64,000 nucleotides of DNA, from NCBI GenBank assembly GCA_040752415.1, contig JBFMGU010000004.1:1-64000 (forward strand). Direction: 5' to 3'. Below are positions 10,439 to 21,022 of this stretch, one piece after another. This stretch comes from Myxococcota bacterium. Lineage in GTDB: Bacteria; Myxococcota; JACRCW01. Numbering within the stretch: the stretch's first letter is position 1; every line of letters begins with the position of its first letter. Position numbers and translations under genes: made by a program. Under the pieces are notes generated by a model. It ran no database searches. It was not told the DNA's origin and was given only the letters and a program-made list of their open reading frames with translations.

Positions 10439-10822
10439 GTGGCGACCGAATGGCATGAGCAGATGGAGAAGCTGCGGCCCGAGACGCAGGACATGACCCG
10501 GGCGCTGCAGTCGTTCATCGAAGAGCTGGAGGCGGTCAGCTGGTACCAGCAGCGCGTGGACGCGGCCACCGACCCCGAGCTCAAGCAGATCCTCCAGCAC
10601 CACGCCAACGAGGAGAAGGAGCACGCGGTGATGCTGCTGGAGTGGGTCCGTCGACGGGACCCGCGCTGGGATGAGCACCTGCGCGAGTACCTGTTCAAGA
10701 GCGGCAACATCGTGGCGCAGGAGGCGGCGGCCACGGGGAAGGGCGGTTCGGAAGCGGCTCCCCCGGCGGCGGTGCCCAGCGCCAACCAGTTCACCGTGGG
10801 CAACCTGCGCGGTCGTTCCTGA
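10439..10822 (+). CDS. Encapsulated ferritin (EncFtn/Flp) with C-terminal encapsulin cargo-loading peptide
   Basis: EELEAVSWYQQRVDAATDPELKQILQHHANEEKEHAVMLLEWVRR matches the EncFtn ferroxidase pattern; Ala/Pro linker then FTVGNLRG, resembling LTVGSL-type targeting peptides. Confidence 0.9.
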   Translation: MATEWHEQMEKLRPETQDMTRALQSFIEELEAVSWYQQRVDAATDPELKQILQHHANEEKEHAVMLLEWVRRRDPRWDEHLREYLFKSGNIVAQEAAATGKGGSEAAPPAAVPSANQFTVGNLRGRS

Positions 10823-10881
10823 CAGTGAGCAACGTGTTTCTCGTCGTTCGTGCTGGCGGCGAGGTCGTCGAACACCGAACG

Positions 10882-11171
10882 GGCTGCGCCAGAACAAGAT
10901 GCCCATCGGGCTTGCAGGCGGTGAGCGGGCCGCGACCTGGAGTGCGGCGGGCCCTCGCCGCCCTGGCGAGCGCCGAGTGCGTCCTCTGCGGCCGAATCGC
11001 AAACCCCGGGGCTCGCGACGACGGGAAAACACACAGCCGCTGCGCGTGAGCGACTGTCGGCGGGTGCGGACCCGCTCGGCGCTGGCCAGGGCGGCGAGGG
11101 CCCGGCCGCACTCCAGGTCGCGGCCCGCCCACTTCGCGCAAGCCCGACGGACATCTTGTTCTGGCGCAGCC
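10882..11171. mobile_element. MITE/REPIN-like long inverted-repeat element (family A)
   Basis: About 100-bp imperfect arms (10882-10984, 11068-11171) starting GGCTGCGCCAGAACAAGAT. Each arm holds a GGAG-tagged hairpin GGAGTGCGGCGGGCCCTCGCCGC. Homologous to 43128-43378. Confidence 0.75.
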
Positions 11172-11272
11172 GCGAACCCCCCGCGTTCAGGCCACTGCGC
11201 TCGCTGGCCACCCTTCCCCGTTACCGTTGTCTCGTCTCACGTGATCCGCATCAACGCATCCGGCGACCGTCG

Positions 11273-13045
11273 TCAGGCCGTCCGCGCCAGAACGCGCGTC
11301 ACGAAGCGCGGGTCCACGCGGTCGGATGCGGGGATGTCCTTCACCTCGTCACGCAGGCGGGTCAGCAACACGGAGGACAACGTCAACGCACGCGCCCGCG
11401 CCTCCTCTACCGATGGAGCGCCCGGCAGCGGCACCTTGCCCGCCACCACCTCACCCAGCTTGTGACCCGCGCCCGTCACCTTCGCGTCATCCTCCAGCGC
11501 GCGGCGCACCTGCTGCAGCTCGTCGACGGAGAGCGGCGTGGCGTCGAGGTCTCCGCCCAGCAGCGCCCGGGCCAGCCCCGTGGTGAGGACGACCTCGAGC
11601 GTGGTGGTGGAGTCCTCCAGCTGGGTGCCACGCGTGATGGCGCTGAGCTGCTCCTTGCCAAGCCCCAGCACCTCCACGCCCACCGCCAGCCGGAACGCAC
11701 TCTCCGCCAGGCTGCGCGCCGCCACCGCCAGGTCATCCAGCGTGGCAAACCCGCGCGTGGTCAGCTCCCCCGGCGAGGAGAGGCCCATGAAGAACAGCGG
11801 CTGACGGGCACACAACGCCGCGAGCGCCAAGCCACCCGGCGCGTCCAGCACCGTCCCCAGCTCCCGCGCCTGCAGTCCCACGCGCTGCACCACCTTCCTG
11901 GCCTCGGTGCCCAGCTTCAGCGTCAGGCTGTTGCCCACGCGGAAGAGGTCGACCAGCGCCGTGGTGCGCATCAGCTCCCGCGCTTTCGTCACGTCGCCAC
12001 CGCAGCGGTAGGCCAGGCCCAGGTCCAGCAGTGCGCGCGCCTCCCGCACCGTGGCCTTCACCGCTTCCGGCTCACCGGGGGAGATTCCGCGCGCGGTGGC
12101 CACGCGGTTGCACAGGCTGGCCAGCTCACGCAGGCGACGGTCCTGCTCCTCGCTCTCCAGCCCCTGCAGCGCGGCGGCCAGGAACACCTCGCGCGGTTTG
12201 TCGTCGGGGTGGATGAAGAGCGCCAGCGCGGCGTCGGGGTGCTCCTCGTCCATCTCCTTGCCGGAGGGCTCGGGTGGCGGGTTCAGCTTGGAAGTGTCCG
12301 GGTCCAGGTAGGCCACCGCGCGCACGGCCTCTTCCCGCGGCGGGAAGCCCAGGTCCTGCAGACGACCTGTGCGCCAACGCAGCGCCTCCTCCTCCAGCGC
12401 GCTCGGCAGCTCCCAGCGCACGGCGTCCAGCACCTTGCTGGCGGCGAACGCGTCGCGCTGGATGAGCGCGTTGACGAACTGCTTGGCGGCCTGGCGCGCC
12501 ATGTTCTTCCCCACCTCACCCAGACCCAGCGGGTCCAGGGCGTCCTCGGGGAGGCCGGGCGGGTCCACGAAGAGGACCATGTACTTGTTGTCCGGCGTGG
12601 TCAGCGCATCCAGGCCCTCCTCCTCGGGCTCCGGCTCACGCGTCAGGTCCACCACGTGCGTGTGCAGCTTGAGGAACAGCGTGCACAGCTCCGTGTCCAT
12701 GCCCATGATCTGCGCCGTGGCGCGCTCACTGTTGGCGGCGAACAGCGCGGTGTAGAGCGCGGCCAGCTGGCGCGGGTCCATGCGGTCGCCCCGCCACACC
12801 GCCAGGTCCGCAAAGGCCTGCACCGTGCGCGGCGGACAGCGCTCCAGCAGCTCCAGCGAGTCGGCCACGCCCACTTCCTTGACGACGGCGTACACGTCCT
12901 GCGGCGGCAGCCGCGCCAACAGGCCGCGCAGGTCCGGGCGGGCCAGCAGGTAGTCCAGCTTCCGACGGGCGGAGAGCGGCGCCAGCTCCTGCTGGACGGC
13001 CTTGAGTGCGGCGGGGGTGAGGGAGGTGGAGGGTTGCTTGGTCAT
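11273..13045 (-). CDS. Conserved hypothetical protein, DUF6178-like
   Basis: Long ORF with GC-rich codon usage; segments such as EVGVADSLELL, DLAVW and EEEALRWRTGRLQDLGFP recall DUF6178 proteins of deltaproteobacteria; ATG 3 nt after the upstream stop. Confidence 0.65.
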   Translation of the reverse strand: MTKQPSTSLTPAALKAVQQELAPLSARRKLDYLLARPDLRGLLARLPPQDVYAVVKEVGVADSLELLERCPPRTVQAFADLAVWRGDRMDPRQLAALYTALFAANSERATAQIMGMDTELCTLFLKLHTHVVDLTREPEPEEEGLDALTTPDNKYMVLFVDPPGLPEDALDPLGLGEVGKNMARQAAKQFVNALIQRDAFAASKVLDAVRWELPSALEEEALRWRTGRLQDLGFPPREEAVRAVAYLDPDTSKLNPPPEPSGKEMDEEHPDAALALFIHPDDKPREVFLAAALQGLESEEQDRRLRELASLCNRVATARGISPGEPEAVKATVREARALLDLGLAYRCGGDVTKARELMRTTALVDLFRVGNSLTLKLGTEARKVVQRVGLQARELGTVLDAPGGLALAALCARQPLFFMGLSSPGELTTRGFATLDDLAVAARSLAESAFRLAVGVEVLGLGKEQLSAITRGTQLEDSTTTLEVVLTTGLARALLGGDLDATPLSVDELQQVRRALEDDAKVTGAGHKLGEVVAGKVPLPGAPSVEEARARALTLSSVLLTRLRDEVKDIPASDRVDPRFVTRVLARTA

Positions 13046-13047
13046 GT

Positions 13048-14337
13048 TCAACACAATGTCTTCCTGCGCCGGGCTCCCAGCGCGCACGCGGCCACCAGGA
13101 ACGCCATGGCGCCTTCCGGTCCGCTGGAGCGCGTGCTCCGGCAGCCGCAGGCGCTGGTGAATTCAATGTCGAGGGAACTGCCGGATTGGCCATCCACCAT
13201 CAAGCGCACCTTCACCGTGGACGGTTGCGCCGGGCCCTCCATGAACTGGAAGTAGCGGCCCGTCTCCGGGTCCCGCGTGGCCTTGGCCTCCACCATCCGC
13301 CCGCCCCCCTCCTCGACGACAATCTGCACCACGTGCTCGGCCGCGTCGGGGCCCTGCTCATTGCCAAAGGCGTCGCGCAGCGTGGCGATGATCTTCACCG
13401 AGCTGCCCGCGGTGGGCTTCTCCGGCTCCACGGTGAGCGTGCTCTTCTGCGGGTCCAGCGCGGCGGGCTCCAGCACCAGGCGGGAGGAACCGCTGGCGGC
13501 CAGGTAGAGCGGGTCGTTGGCGGGGAGCTGCACCAGGAGCGCGTTGTCGCGTACCCCCGCGCGCGGGGTGCCGCCCTGCGGCGTGGTGTCCGCCACCACC
13601 GAGGCGTAGGCGTCGGAGTCCGCGTTGTCGCGCTCGGTGACGTCGTTGCCCAGGAATTCGCGCGGCGGGTCGGAGAAGTCCCCGTCCGAGTTGTAGTCCA
13701 GGAAGAACGCCAGCGTGCGGCCCACCAGCGTCTGCGCGCGGTCCCCGGTCATGGCGCTGCGGTCGCACGGCGCGTCGCCGTCAAGGTCCTCCACCGTGGC
13801 CTTGATGGTGAGCGGCTCACCCACGCGCCCCGACGTGCCGGCGATGATCTTCACCTGCACCGTCTCCTTCACCAGCCGGATGGGCACCGTGGTGCTGCTG
13901 CCGGCCAGCGGCTCGCCGTTGATGGTGTCGCCGGCGAAGAGCACCTCCAGCGGGTACTCCACCGGCGCGTCCAGCGGGCCGCCGGTCAGCGTGGCGTTGC
14001 CCAGGAAGTCGCAGCCGTTCACCAGCGGGATGCGCATGGCCGGGTTGATGCGACCCTCGTCGTCGGTGACCGCGGAGCCCACGTAGGCGTTCATGTTGCC
14101 CGCGGTGTCGCGCAGGTAGAACTCCAGCGTGGCGCCCACCACCGGCCCCTCCGTGTCCGTGCGCGTGAGCACCGGCATCACGTCCACGGCGTCCGAGTAG
14201 GCGGGGTCCTTCTCCGGGTCCACCGTGCGCAACGTGGCGGAAAGGGAGGTGGCCTGCTGCGCGTGGGCCGCGCCGGGGAACAACGTCACGCCCAGCGCCA
14301 GGGCGGACGGCAACAGGAAGGAGGAAGCGGTTTTCAC
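13048..14337 (-). CDS. Secreted Ig-like-domain surface protein with MYXO-CTERM-like sorting tail
   Basis: Signal peptide ending AHA; invasin/Ig-like segment ATLRDAFGN; tail CGC...AMAFLVAACALGARRRK. Confidence 0.7.
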   Translation of the reverse strand: MKTASSFLLPSALALGVTLFPGAAHAQQATSLSATLRTVDPEKDPAYSDAVDVMPVLTRTDTEGPVVGATLEFYLRDTAGNMNAYVGSAVTDDEGRINPAMRIPLVNGCDFLGNATLTGGPLDAPVEYPLEVLFAGDTINGEPLAGSSTTVPIRLVKETVQVKIIAGTSGRVGEPLTIKATVEDLDGDAPCDRSAMTGDRAQTLVGRTLAFFLDYNSDGDFSDPPREFLGNDVTERDNADSDAYASVVADTTPQGGTPRAGVRDNALLVQLPANDPLYLAASGSSRLVLEPAALDPQKSTLTVEPEKPTAGSSVKIIATLRDAFGNEQGPDAAEHVVQIVVEEGGGRMVEAKATRDPETGRYFQFMEGPAQPSTVKVRLMVDGQSGSSLDIEFTSACGCRSTRSSGPEGAMAFLVAACALGARRRKTLC

Positions 14338-14507
14338 GAGGAGAACGCCGTAACGCGAGCCACGCTCACGCTGCAACCCTCTCCGGCGGGAATGCTGCCC
14401 CGCCCTGGGATGTTGCAGACCCTGCGGCGCGGCACCCGCCTCGCGGCACCCTCCACCCCATCAAGGTCACGCGGGACGCAGGTGCTCGCGCGCCGGAGAG
14501 AGAAGGC

Positions 14508-14789
14508 ATGCTGCAGCGCCCGCAACTCCAGGCCTTCCGACGGATGCTGGCCCACCAGGAAGCGCGCCTGCGCGGCGGGGACGGGCAGGTTGCGGACCTG
14601 GCGTCGGTGCGGCGGGCCCAGGTGCGCCTGGAGCAGGGCTCCTATGGACGGTGTGCCGGCTGTGGCGCCGCCCTGGGCTGGTTGCAGCTGGCCGCCAACC
14701 CCGCCGCGGAGCACTGCGCGGACTGCGCCACCACCCGCGTTGCCCGCGCCGCCGTCACCGTTGCGTCGCGACACCGCAAGGCGTCCTGA
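14508..14789 (+). CDS. Short TraR/DksA C4-type zinc-finger protein
   Basis: RLEQGSYGRCAGCG...NPAAEHCADC; GGAGAGAAGG before ATG. Confidence 0.7.
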   Translation: MLQRPQLQAFRRMLAHQEARLRGGDGQVADLASVRRAQVRLEQGSYGRCAGCGAALGWLQLAANPAAEHCADCATTRVARAAVTVASRHRKAS

Positions 14790-14997
14790 TCCGTCGCACC
14801 CCCACCCGGTAGGACCATGCGTACCTGGGCACGGGCTGGGAGGTCGGCCTCCGTGGGTTGTGGCAGCGGGGGGAGGCACCGCATATCTTTTTTTCGACAA
14901 CGACATCACGCCAGAGGACGTGTTTTCGTTGGTCAGCCCGCCCAGTGTTCGCTAGGCTTGCGTCCGTCCATCCAACCAGGGTTCCTGACAGAGCATC

Positions 14998-16248
14998 ATG
15001 AGCAAGCGCGACACACCCCCTCATCTGGTCTGTTCGTTCTGCGGCAAGGGCCAGCGGGAGGTGAAGAAGCTGATTGCCGGGCCCACCGTCTACATCTGTG
15101 ACGAGTGCATCCGGCTCTGCAACGACATCATCGCCGAGGAGACCCAGCGGACGGACGAGCACCACGGGCTGGGGCACAAGATCCCCGCCCCCACGGAAAT
15201 CAAGGCGTTCCTGGACGAGTACGTTGTGGGTCAGGACTACGCCAAGAAGGTCCTCAGCGTTGCCGTCTACAACCACTACAAGCGCATCGAGAACCGCGCG
15301 GACGCCAAGGGCGTGGAGCTCCAGAAGAGCAACGTCCTGCTGATTGGGCCCACCGGCACGGGCAAGACGCTGCTGGCGCAGAGCCTGGCGCGCATGCTGA
15401 AGGTGCCGTTCACCATTGCCGACGCCACCACGCTCACCGAGAGCGGCTACGTGGGCGAGGACGTGGAGTCCATTGTCCAGAACCTGCTGGCGGCGGCGGA
15501 CAATGACCTGGAGAAGGCCAGCCGCGGCATCGTCTACATCGACGAGATCGACAAGATCTCCCGCAAGGGCGACAGCCCCTCCATGACCCGCGACGTCAGC
15601 GGGGAGGGCGTGCAGCAGGGCCTGCTCAAGATCATCGAGGGCAAGTTCGCCAACGTGGTGCCGCGCGGCGCCAAGAAGTACAGCCAGCAGGAAACGGTGC
15701 AGGTGGACACCACCAACATCCTGTTCATCTGCGGTGGCGCCTTTGTCGGGTTGGAGCAGGTCATCCAGCGGCGCGTGGGCCAGCGCACCATGGGCTTTGG
15801 CACCGTGCCCCTCAGCCGCGACGAGAAGCGCCTGGGTGAGGTGCTGCGCCAGGTCAACACCGAGGACCTCATCAAGTTCGGGCTCATCCCGGAGTTCGTG
15901 GGGCGTCTGCCGGTGGTGGCCACGCTGGAGGACATGAACGAGAACGACCTCGTCACCATCCTCACCCAGCCGCGCAACGCGCTGGTGAAGCAGTACAAGA
16001 AGCTGATGGGGATGGAGGGGGTGAAGCTCACGTTCACCAAGACGGCGCTGCAGGCCATTGCCAAGGAAGCCGTCAAGCGCAAGGCCGGTGCCCGTGGCCT
16101 GCGCGCCATCATGGAAGACGTGATGCTCGACGTGATGTACCACGTGCCGTACCTGCCCGGGATCCGCGAGTGCAAGATCACCAAGGAGGTGGTGGAGCAG
16201 AAGGCGGAGCCGGTGCTGGTCTTCGAGGAAGAGCAGAAGACCGGCTGA
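14998..16248 (+). CDS. clpX: ATP-dependent Clp protease ATP-binding subunit ClpX
   Basis: CSFCGK...CDEC zinc-binding domain, GPTGTGKT Walker A, IDEIDKI Walker [14 protein letters not shown] loop. Confidence 0.96.
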   Translation: MSKRDTPPHLVCSFCGKGQREVKKLIAGPTVYICDECIRLCNDIIAEETQRTDEHHGLGHKIPAPTEIKAFLDEYVVGQDYAKKVLSVAVYNHYKRIENRADAKGVELQKSNVLLIGPTGTGKTLLAQSLARMLKVPFTIADATTLTESGYVGEDVESIVQNLLAAADNDLEKASRGIVYIDEIDKISRKGDSPSMTRDVSGEGVQQGLLKIIEGKFANVVPRGAKKYSQQETVQVDTTNILFICGGAFVGLEQVIQRRVGQRTMGFGTVPLSRDEKRLGEVLRQVNTEDLIKFGLIPEFVGRLPVVATLEDMNENDLVTILTQPRNALVKQYKKLMGMEGVKLTFTKTALQAIAKEAVKRKAGARGLRAIMEDVMLDVMYHVPYLPGIRECKITKEVVEQKAEPVLVFEEEQKTG

Positions 16249-16363
16249 CGCCCAAGGGCCGTCCCTGTATCTGCCAGCAACGGAGCCCTTGCCCTTGGGA
16301 GGCAACGCTCCCATCTTGCACCGGCTGCCCGGGTCAGATGCCGGGGCTTGCTTGAGGTGAGGC

Positions 16364-17551
16364 TTGGCTCGCGACCACTACACGGTCCTCGGCGTGCCGC
16401 GGACGGCCACGGAGAAGGAAATCAAGGCCGCCTTCCGCAAGCTGGCCAAGCAGTACCACCCCGACGTCAACAAGAACGACCCCAAGGCCGCCGACCGCTT
16501 CAAGGAGCTCAGCGCCGCGTACGAGGTGCTCAGCGACAAGGAGAAGCGCGCCAAGTACGACATGATGAGCCGCCTGGGCGCCACCGAGGGTGGCCGGAGC
16601 TCGGCGGGGTTTGGCAGCAGCGCGGGCTTTGGCGGCTTTGGCTTCGGCTCGGGGTTCACGCCGGGGAGCGGGGGCACGCGGCGCAGCACCGGCGGGAGCG
16701 CTGCCGACACGAGCGCGGAGAACTTCGAGAACTTCAGCGACATCTTCAATGAGTTCTTCGCCCGCGAGCGCAGCCGCACCCGTTCCAGCGCGCGACAGGA
16801 GCCGCGGGCGCAGGAGCCACGCAGCACGCCGGGTCGTGGCGCCGACGTGGAGACCACCATCACGCTGCCATTGCGTGAGGCCATCGTGGGCGCCAAGCCC
16901 AGCGTGGAGGTGAAGCTCAAGCGCTCCTGCCCGGACTGCAACGGCACGGGAAGCGCCATGGGCAGCCCGCCCAGCATCTGCCCGGACTGCAACGGCACCG
17001 GCAAGCGCGCGGCCAAGGGCATTGTCCCGTACTCGCGCAGCTGCGACCGCTGCCACGGCACCGGCAAGGCCGTCCTGCTCCCGTGCACCGCCTGCGACGG
17101 CGCGGGCACGCGCGAGGCGGTGGAACGGCTGCGCGTCACCATCCCCGCCGGGGTCGATGAGGGCAGCCGCATCCGCGTCAAGGGGAAGGGCGGCGCGGGC
17201 AGCGCGGGGCAGCCGGCGGGGGACCTGTATCTCGTTGTCAAGGTGGCGCCGGACCCGGTGTTCAAGCGTGAAGGCAAGGACCTGGTGAGTGAGGCGCGGG
17301 TCAACGCGCTGGACGCCATGCTGGGCACCAGCGTGGAGGTGGAGACGCTGGACGGGAAGGCAACCATGAAGGTGCCCGCCGGCACGCAAGGTGGGCAGCG
17401 CTTCCGCCTCAAGGGCAAGGGTGTGCCCGCCGCCAAGGAAGGCGAGGAGGCGGGAGACCTCTACGTCACCATCCAGATGGACATCCCGCGCAACCTCGAC
17501 GAGCGGGGCAAGGAGCTGGTGCGGGAGCTGAAGAAGCGCGTGGGGGCGTGA
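16364..17551 (+). CDS. dnaJ: Class A DnaJ chaperone
   Basis: J domain with HPD, G/F-rich region, four CxxCxGxG repeats, C-terminal domain; TTG start after GAGGTGAGG. Confidence 0.92.
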   Translation: MARDHYTVLGVPRTATEKEIKAAFRKLAKQYHPDVNKNDPKAADRFKELSAAYEVLSDKEKRAKYDMMSRLGATEGGRSSAGFGSSAGFGGFGFGSGFTPGSGGTRRSTGGSAADTSAENFENFSDIFNEFFARERSRTRSSARQEPRAQEPRSTPGRGADVETTITLPLREAIVGAKPSVEVKLKRSCPDCNGTGSAMGSPPSICPDCNGTGKRAAKGIVPYSRSCDRCHGTGKAVLLPCTACDGAGTREAVERLRVTIPAGVDEGSRIRVKGKGGAGSAGQPAGDLYLVVKVAPDPVFKREGKDLVSEARVNALDAMLGTSVEVETLDGKATMKVPAGTQGGQRFRLKGKGVPAAKEGEEAGDLYVTIQMDIPRNLDERGKELVRELKKRVGA

Positions 17552-17560
17552 ACACGCCAC

Positions 17561-20500
17561 TCACGGCGACGCGGTCGACACGTACAGCCGGTAGGTCCCC
17601 GCGTTGAGGTCCGCGGAGCCCGCGGTCATCTTGAGCACGTATTCCCCCGCCGCGGGGACGTCGAGACGCAGCGCGTCGCAGGTGTCCGTGCAGGCCAGGG
17701 CGGTGGGTTCCTGGTCGCACGCGGCGGTGGGTTCGGGGCCGCCCGCCGGATACGCGTAGATGACGGGCGCGGCGTCGGTGAAGCAGTTGTCGGACTTGGC
17801 GGAGAGCTGGACGCCGGCGGGGAGCGTGACCCGGTAGAAGCCGGTGTCGGCGTCGGGGTCGATGGGGGCGTAGACCGTCCAGCTGCCGCACGTGGGGCCA
17901 GCGGGGAGCGGCGAGGGGTTGGCGTAGGAGCTGGTGCCGGGCGGCTCGTTCAGCACGCAGTTGAAGTCCTCACCGCAGGAGGCGCTGCAGCCGTCCCCCC
18001 CGGCGAAGTTGCCGTCGTCGCAGAAGTCATAGAGGTCCACCACGCCGTTGCCGCACAGCGAGAACCCGAAGCGCACCGCCGTGGCCACCACCGGCATCCC
18101 CCGCAGCGGCGCGCCCCATGACCACGCACGCCCGTCAAACGCCAGCCCCAGCCCGACGCCATCCTTGTGGTCCGCCACGCGCACGGGCGGCATGACCACC
18201 GGGGTGGGCTGCTCCACGTAGGTGCTCCCGCCCACGTCGAGCAACGTGCCGTTGTTGTCCTCGCCAATGGCCATCACCTGGCCGTCCTGCATCTGGAAGA
18301 AGATCGTGTTGCTGGCGCCCCAGACCCTGGACACGCCGGTGATGGGCTGTCCCGCCTGGTTGGTGATGCGCTGGATCTGCGAGGGGTAGCGCTGATTGCT
18401 GGGGAAGCTGGTGATGTAACCCCAGCCGGCCATGGACCCGTCGGCGCCCAGCATCACGTAGTTGCTGCCGCCCGCGGAGATGGCCACCGGTGTGAAGCCG
18501 GGCACCGGCGTGAGGTCCACGCGGTGGGCGTAGGGACCGTTGCCCCCGTTGAGCTGGAAGTCGGCGAAGCCCTGGCCCCGTCCCCAGATCCAGACCTCGT
18601 TGGTGCCCTGGTTGTCGACGATGGCGCCGCTGAAGATGTCGCCCTGGGAGAACTGCTTGACGTTGGCCAGCGGCACGCCTCCCTGCGCGGGGTCCCCGGT
18701 GAGCACCGGCGCGGGGACGGGGTTGATGCTGCCGGAGGTGGGAACGCCGTGGCCCAGGTCCCCCTCGATGTCGCGGCCCCACGTGAGCAGCGTCCCGCCG
18801 TCGATCAGCGCCGCGCTGGACTCCGCGCTCGAGCAATCGATGTCCACCACGTCCCGGAGCGGCGTGCCTGCGTCGTCGGCCCACACGGGCTCGGGGATCC
18901 AGCGGCCCGCGTCGGCGGAGAGGAAGCCGGGCTGGCCGTTGCCGCCGTAGAAGGACTGTGCACCCCACGTGAGCACGCGCCCGTCGGGCATCAGCGCCAT
19001 GGCGTACCCGGCGCACTGGCGCACCTTGACCGGGTTGCGCAGCGTGCCGCGTCCCGTCTCGTCGTAGACCGGCAGTGGACCCTGCGTGCCGGGCTCCACC
19101 TCGTATTGCCACACCCAGCCACCGTCGAGGACCAGCACGCCGTCCGTGCCGTCGACCGCCACGTCGACGACGTCGCGCTCGCTCACGTTGGGAGCGCGGA
19201 TGGCCAGGCTGGCGGAGATGGTCTGGCTGGTGCTGAGGATGGTGGCGGCCACGGTCACGTCCGTTGGGCGGTGACCCGCCTGCACCGTGACGCTGGATGA
19301 CGACGCGTTGTCCACGAAGACGTGGAGGGGATCCAACGCAGCGGTCACGTTCCACGTCACCCCGGCGTCCAGGTCCACCCCCGGTGGCGCCACGATGCGG
19401 AAGCTGTATCCCTCGTCGAAGCGGATGCGCGCCTGCGCGGGCTCGATGCGCAGCTCGCCGGCGTCGGCGCCATTCACCGCGGCGTCCAACGTGGGGGCCG
19501 CGTCGGGGGTGGCGGCGTCGGGTTGCGCGGCGTCCACCACGGCAGCGTCGAGCCCTGCGGCATCCGGCACGGCGGCGTCCCGGCCGCTGTCGGGCACGGA
19601 GGCGTCCAACTCGGGGCCCGCGTCCACGCCGCCGTCGCGAGGAGGCTCACCGCACGGCTCGGGACAGTTGGGGTGCGGGTCCCACAGGTCGCAGACGTCG
19701 TCGAAGTCCAGGTCGTAGCGCGCGGGGTCCAGGTCACAGGTGCCCTCGCCCTGCACCGGACCCACAAAGCCGCACTCACACGGGCCGCGCGTGGCGGGGT
19801 CGTTGGGGTCGCCGGCGTACTCCACCGGGTCGGGCTCGCCGTCGCCGTCGTCGTCGCAGTCCCAGGTCTTTCCGCCCTCGGTGCAGCTGGCCGGTGCGTC
19901 CAGGCTGTGACAGGTGGCCTCACACGAGCCGCTCTCCCCGCGCGCCAGGTGGCACATGCGGTCTCCGTCGATGTCGACGCAGCCGGTGACCGGCGTGGCA
20001 ATGACGTCGACGGTGGTGGCGGTCTCCGGGAGGATGGCCACCGCGCCGTGCTCAAGGGGAACCACGTCCTCCGGGAAGCGCACCTGCAGCGCGTAGAGAC
20101 CCACCGGCAATTGCAGGCTGAACTGCAGCGCCGTGGGCGCTTCCACCGGCAGCACCGTGGCCTCGTCGGAAGTGAGCGGCCAGAAGCGCACCTGCGTGGG
20201 GGCAATCTCCAGCGCCTGCGTGATGGATTCCGCGGGAGCGTCCGGAGGGAAGGTGATGGTCACCTGCGCGGCGCCCTGCTGCGTGCTGGGGACCAGCGTG
20301 AGCGTCCCAACGTCCACCGTCTCACCTGGAGCCACGTTGGTCCGCACCACGTTGCTGATGCTCCCCGGTCCGCCGGCCACCACCTCCCATTCCCCCGCGC
20401 CCAGGCCGTTGATGGTGAAGCGACCTTCGTCGTCGATAGGAACCACCACCTCGTAACCGGGAAGGGCCACGCGCACCGCGGAGGCATTGGTGAACCCCGT

Positions 20501-20911
20501 CACGCGCCCGACGATGCTGGCGGCCCGGAGCAGCTCCACGCGACCGAGGTCGATGGAGGGGCGTTCCGTGCGGCTCGCGGGGATGCGCACGGGGACAGTG
20601 ACGCGCGCGGCGAGGTCGGGCGTGCCGTCCTGGCCGGGGTCCCAGGTGAAGAGCAGCACGTGATCCCCGACGGGGAGATTGCGCACCACGAACACTCCGT
20701 CGCCGCCGGTGATGCGTGAGATGGCGGACGCGCGCACGCGGATGCGACTGCCCTCCAGCGGCTTGGCACCGTCGGCGCTCCCCGGGGGCACGCCCACCGC
20801 CACGCCGGTCACGTCGCCGGGGAACAGGTCCGTGCGCGGCGGCTCAAAGGTGTAGACGCAACCCGCGAGCAGCACCGGAAGACAGACAAGACGCGCGATT
20901 CTCAAGGTCAA
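17561..20911 (-). CDS. Large multidomain lipoprotein: beta-sandwich domains, DxDxD Ca-binding Cys-rich region, RCC1-like repeats, myxobacterial Cys-rich (DUF4215-like) repeat
   Basis: Lipobox LLAGC; DDDGDG and DLDFDD loops; DGRVLTWG, GGTLLTWG and DGSMAGWG repeats; CGNGVVDLYDFCDDGNFAGGDGCSASC. Confidence 0.75.
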   Translation of the reverse strand: MTLRIARLVCLPVLLAGCVYTFEPPRTDLFPGDVTGVAVGVPPGSADGAKPLEGSRIRVRASAISRITGGDGVFVVRNLPVGDHVLLFTWDPGQDGTPDLAARVTVPVRIPASRTERPSIDLGRVELLRAASIVGRVTGFTNASAVRVALPGYEVVVPIDDEGRFTINGLGAGEWEVVAGGPGSISNVVRTNVAPGETVDVGTLTLVPSTQQGAAQVTITFPPDAPAESITQALEIAPTQVRFWPLTSDEATVLPVEAPTALQFSLQLPVGLYALQVRFPEDVVPLEHGAVAILPETATTVDVIATPVTGCVDIDGDRMCHLARGESGSCEATCHSLDAPASCTEGGKTWDCDDDGDGEPDPVEYAGDPNDPATRGPCECGFVGPVQGEGTCDLDPARYDLDFDDVCDLWDPHPNCPEPCGEPPRDGGVDAGPELDASVPDSGRDAAVPDAAGLDAAVVDAAQPDAATPDAAPTLDAAVNGADAGELRIEPAQARIRFDEGYSFRIVAPPGVDLDAGVTWNVTAALDPLHVFVDNASSSSVTVQAGHRPTDVTVAATILSTSQTISASLAIRAPNVSERDVVDVAVDGTDGVLVLDGGWVWQYEVEPGTQGPLPVYDETGRGTLRNPVKVRQCAGYAMALMPDGRVLTWGAQSFYGGNGQPGFLSADAGRWIPEPVWADDAGTPLRDVVDIDCSSAESSAALIDGGTLLTWGRDIEGDLGHGVPTSGSINPVPAPVLTGDPAQGGVPLANVKQFSQGDIFSGAIVDNQGTNEVWIWGRGQGFADFQLNGGNGPYAHRVDLTPVPGFTPVAISAGGSNYVMLGADGSMAGWGYITSFPSNQRYPSQIQRITNQAGQPITGVSRVWGASNTIFFQMQDGQVMAIGEDNNGTLLDVGGSTYVEQPTPVVMPPVRVADHKDGVGLGLAFDGRAWSWGAPLRGMPVVATAVRFGFSLCGNGVVDLYDFCDDGNFAGGDGCSASCGEDFNCVLNEPPGTSSYANPSPLPAGPTCGSWTVYAPIDPDADTGFYRVTLPAGVQLSAKSDNCFTDAAPVIYAYPAGGPEPTAACDQEPTALACTDTCDALRLDVPAAGEYVLKMTAGSADLNAGTYRLYVSTASP

Positions 20912-21022
20912 CCCCCAGGAGGCTTCCGACGGCCTTATAGGTCATCCCGGGCGGCGCTCAACGCTGACGTTGGCACGACGAGCACTCGCAGGTAGACGCG
21001 TGATCAGAAGCCGGAGTGGACC

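Noticed and set aside
10825..11211. Short ORFs over the inverted-repeat elements (also 25611-26040, 43229-43713, 51685-52021)
   Set aside because: They translate the repeat arms, giving similar peptides on both strands, and show no transposase or other motifs.
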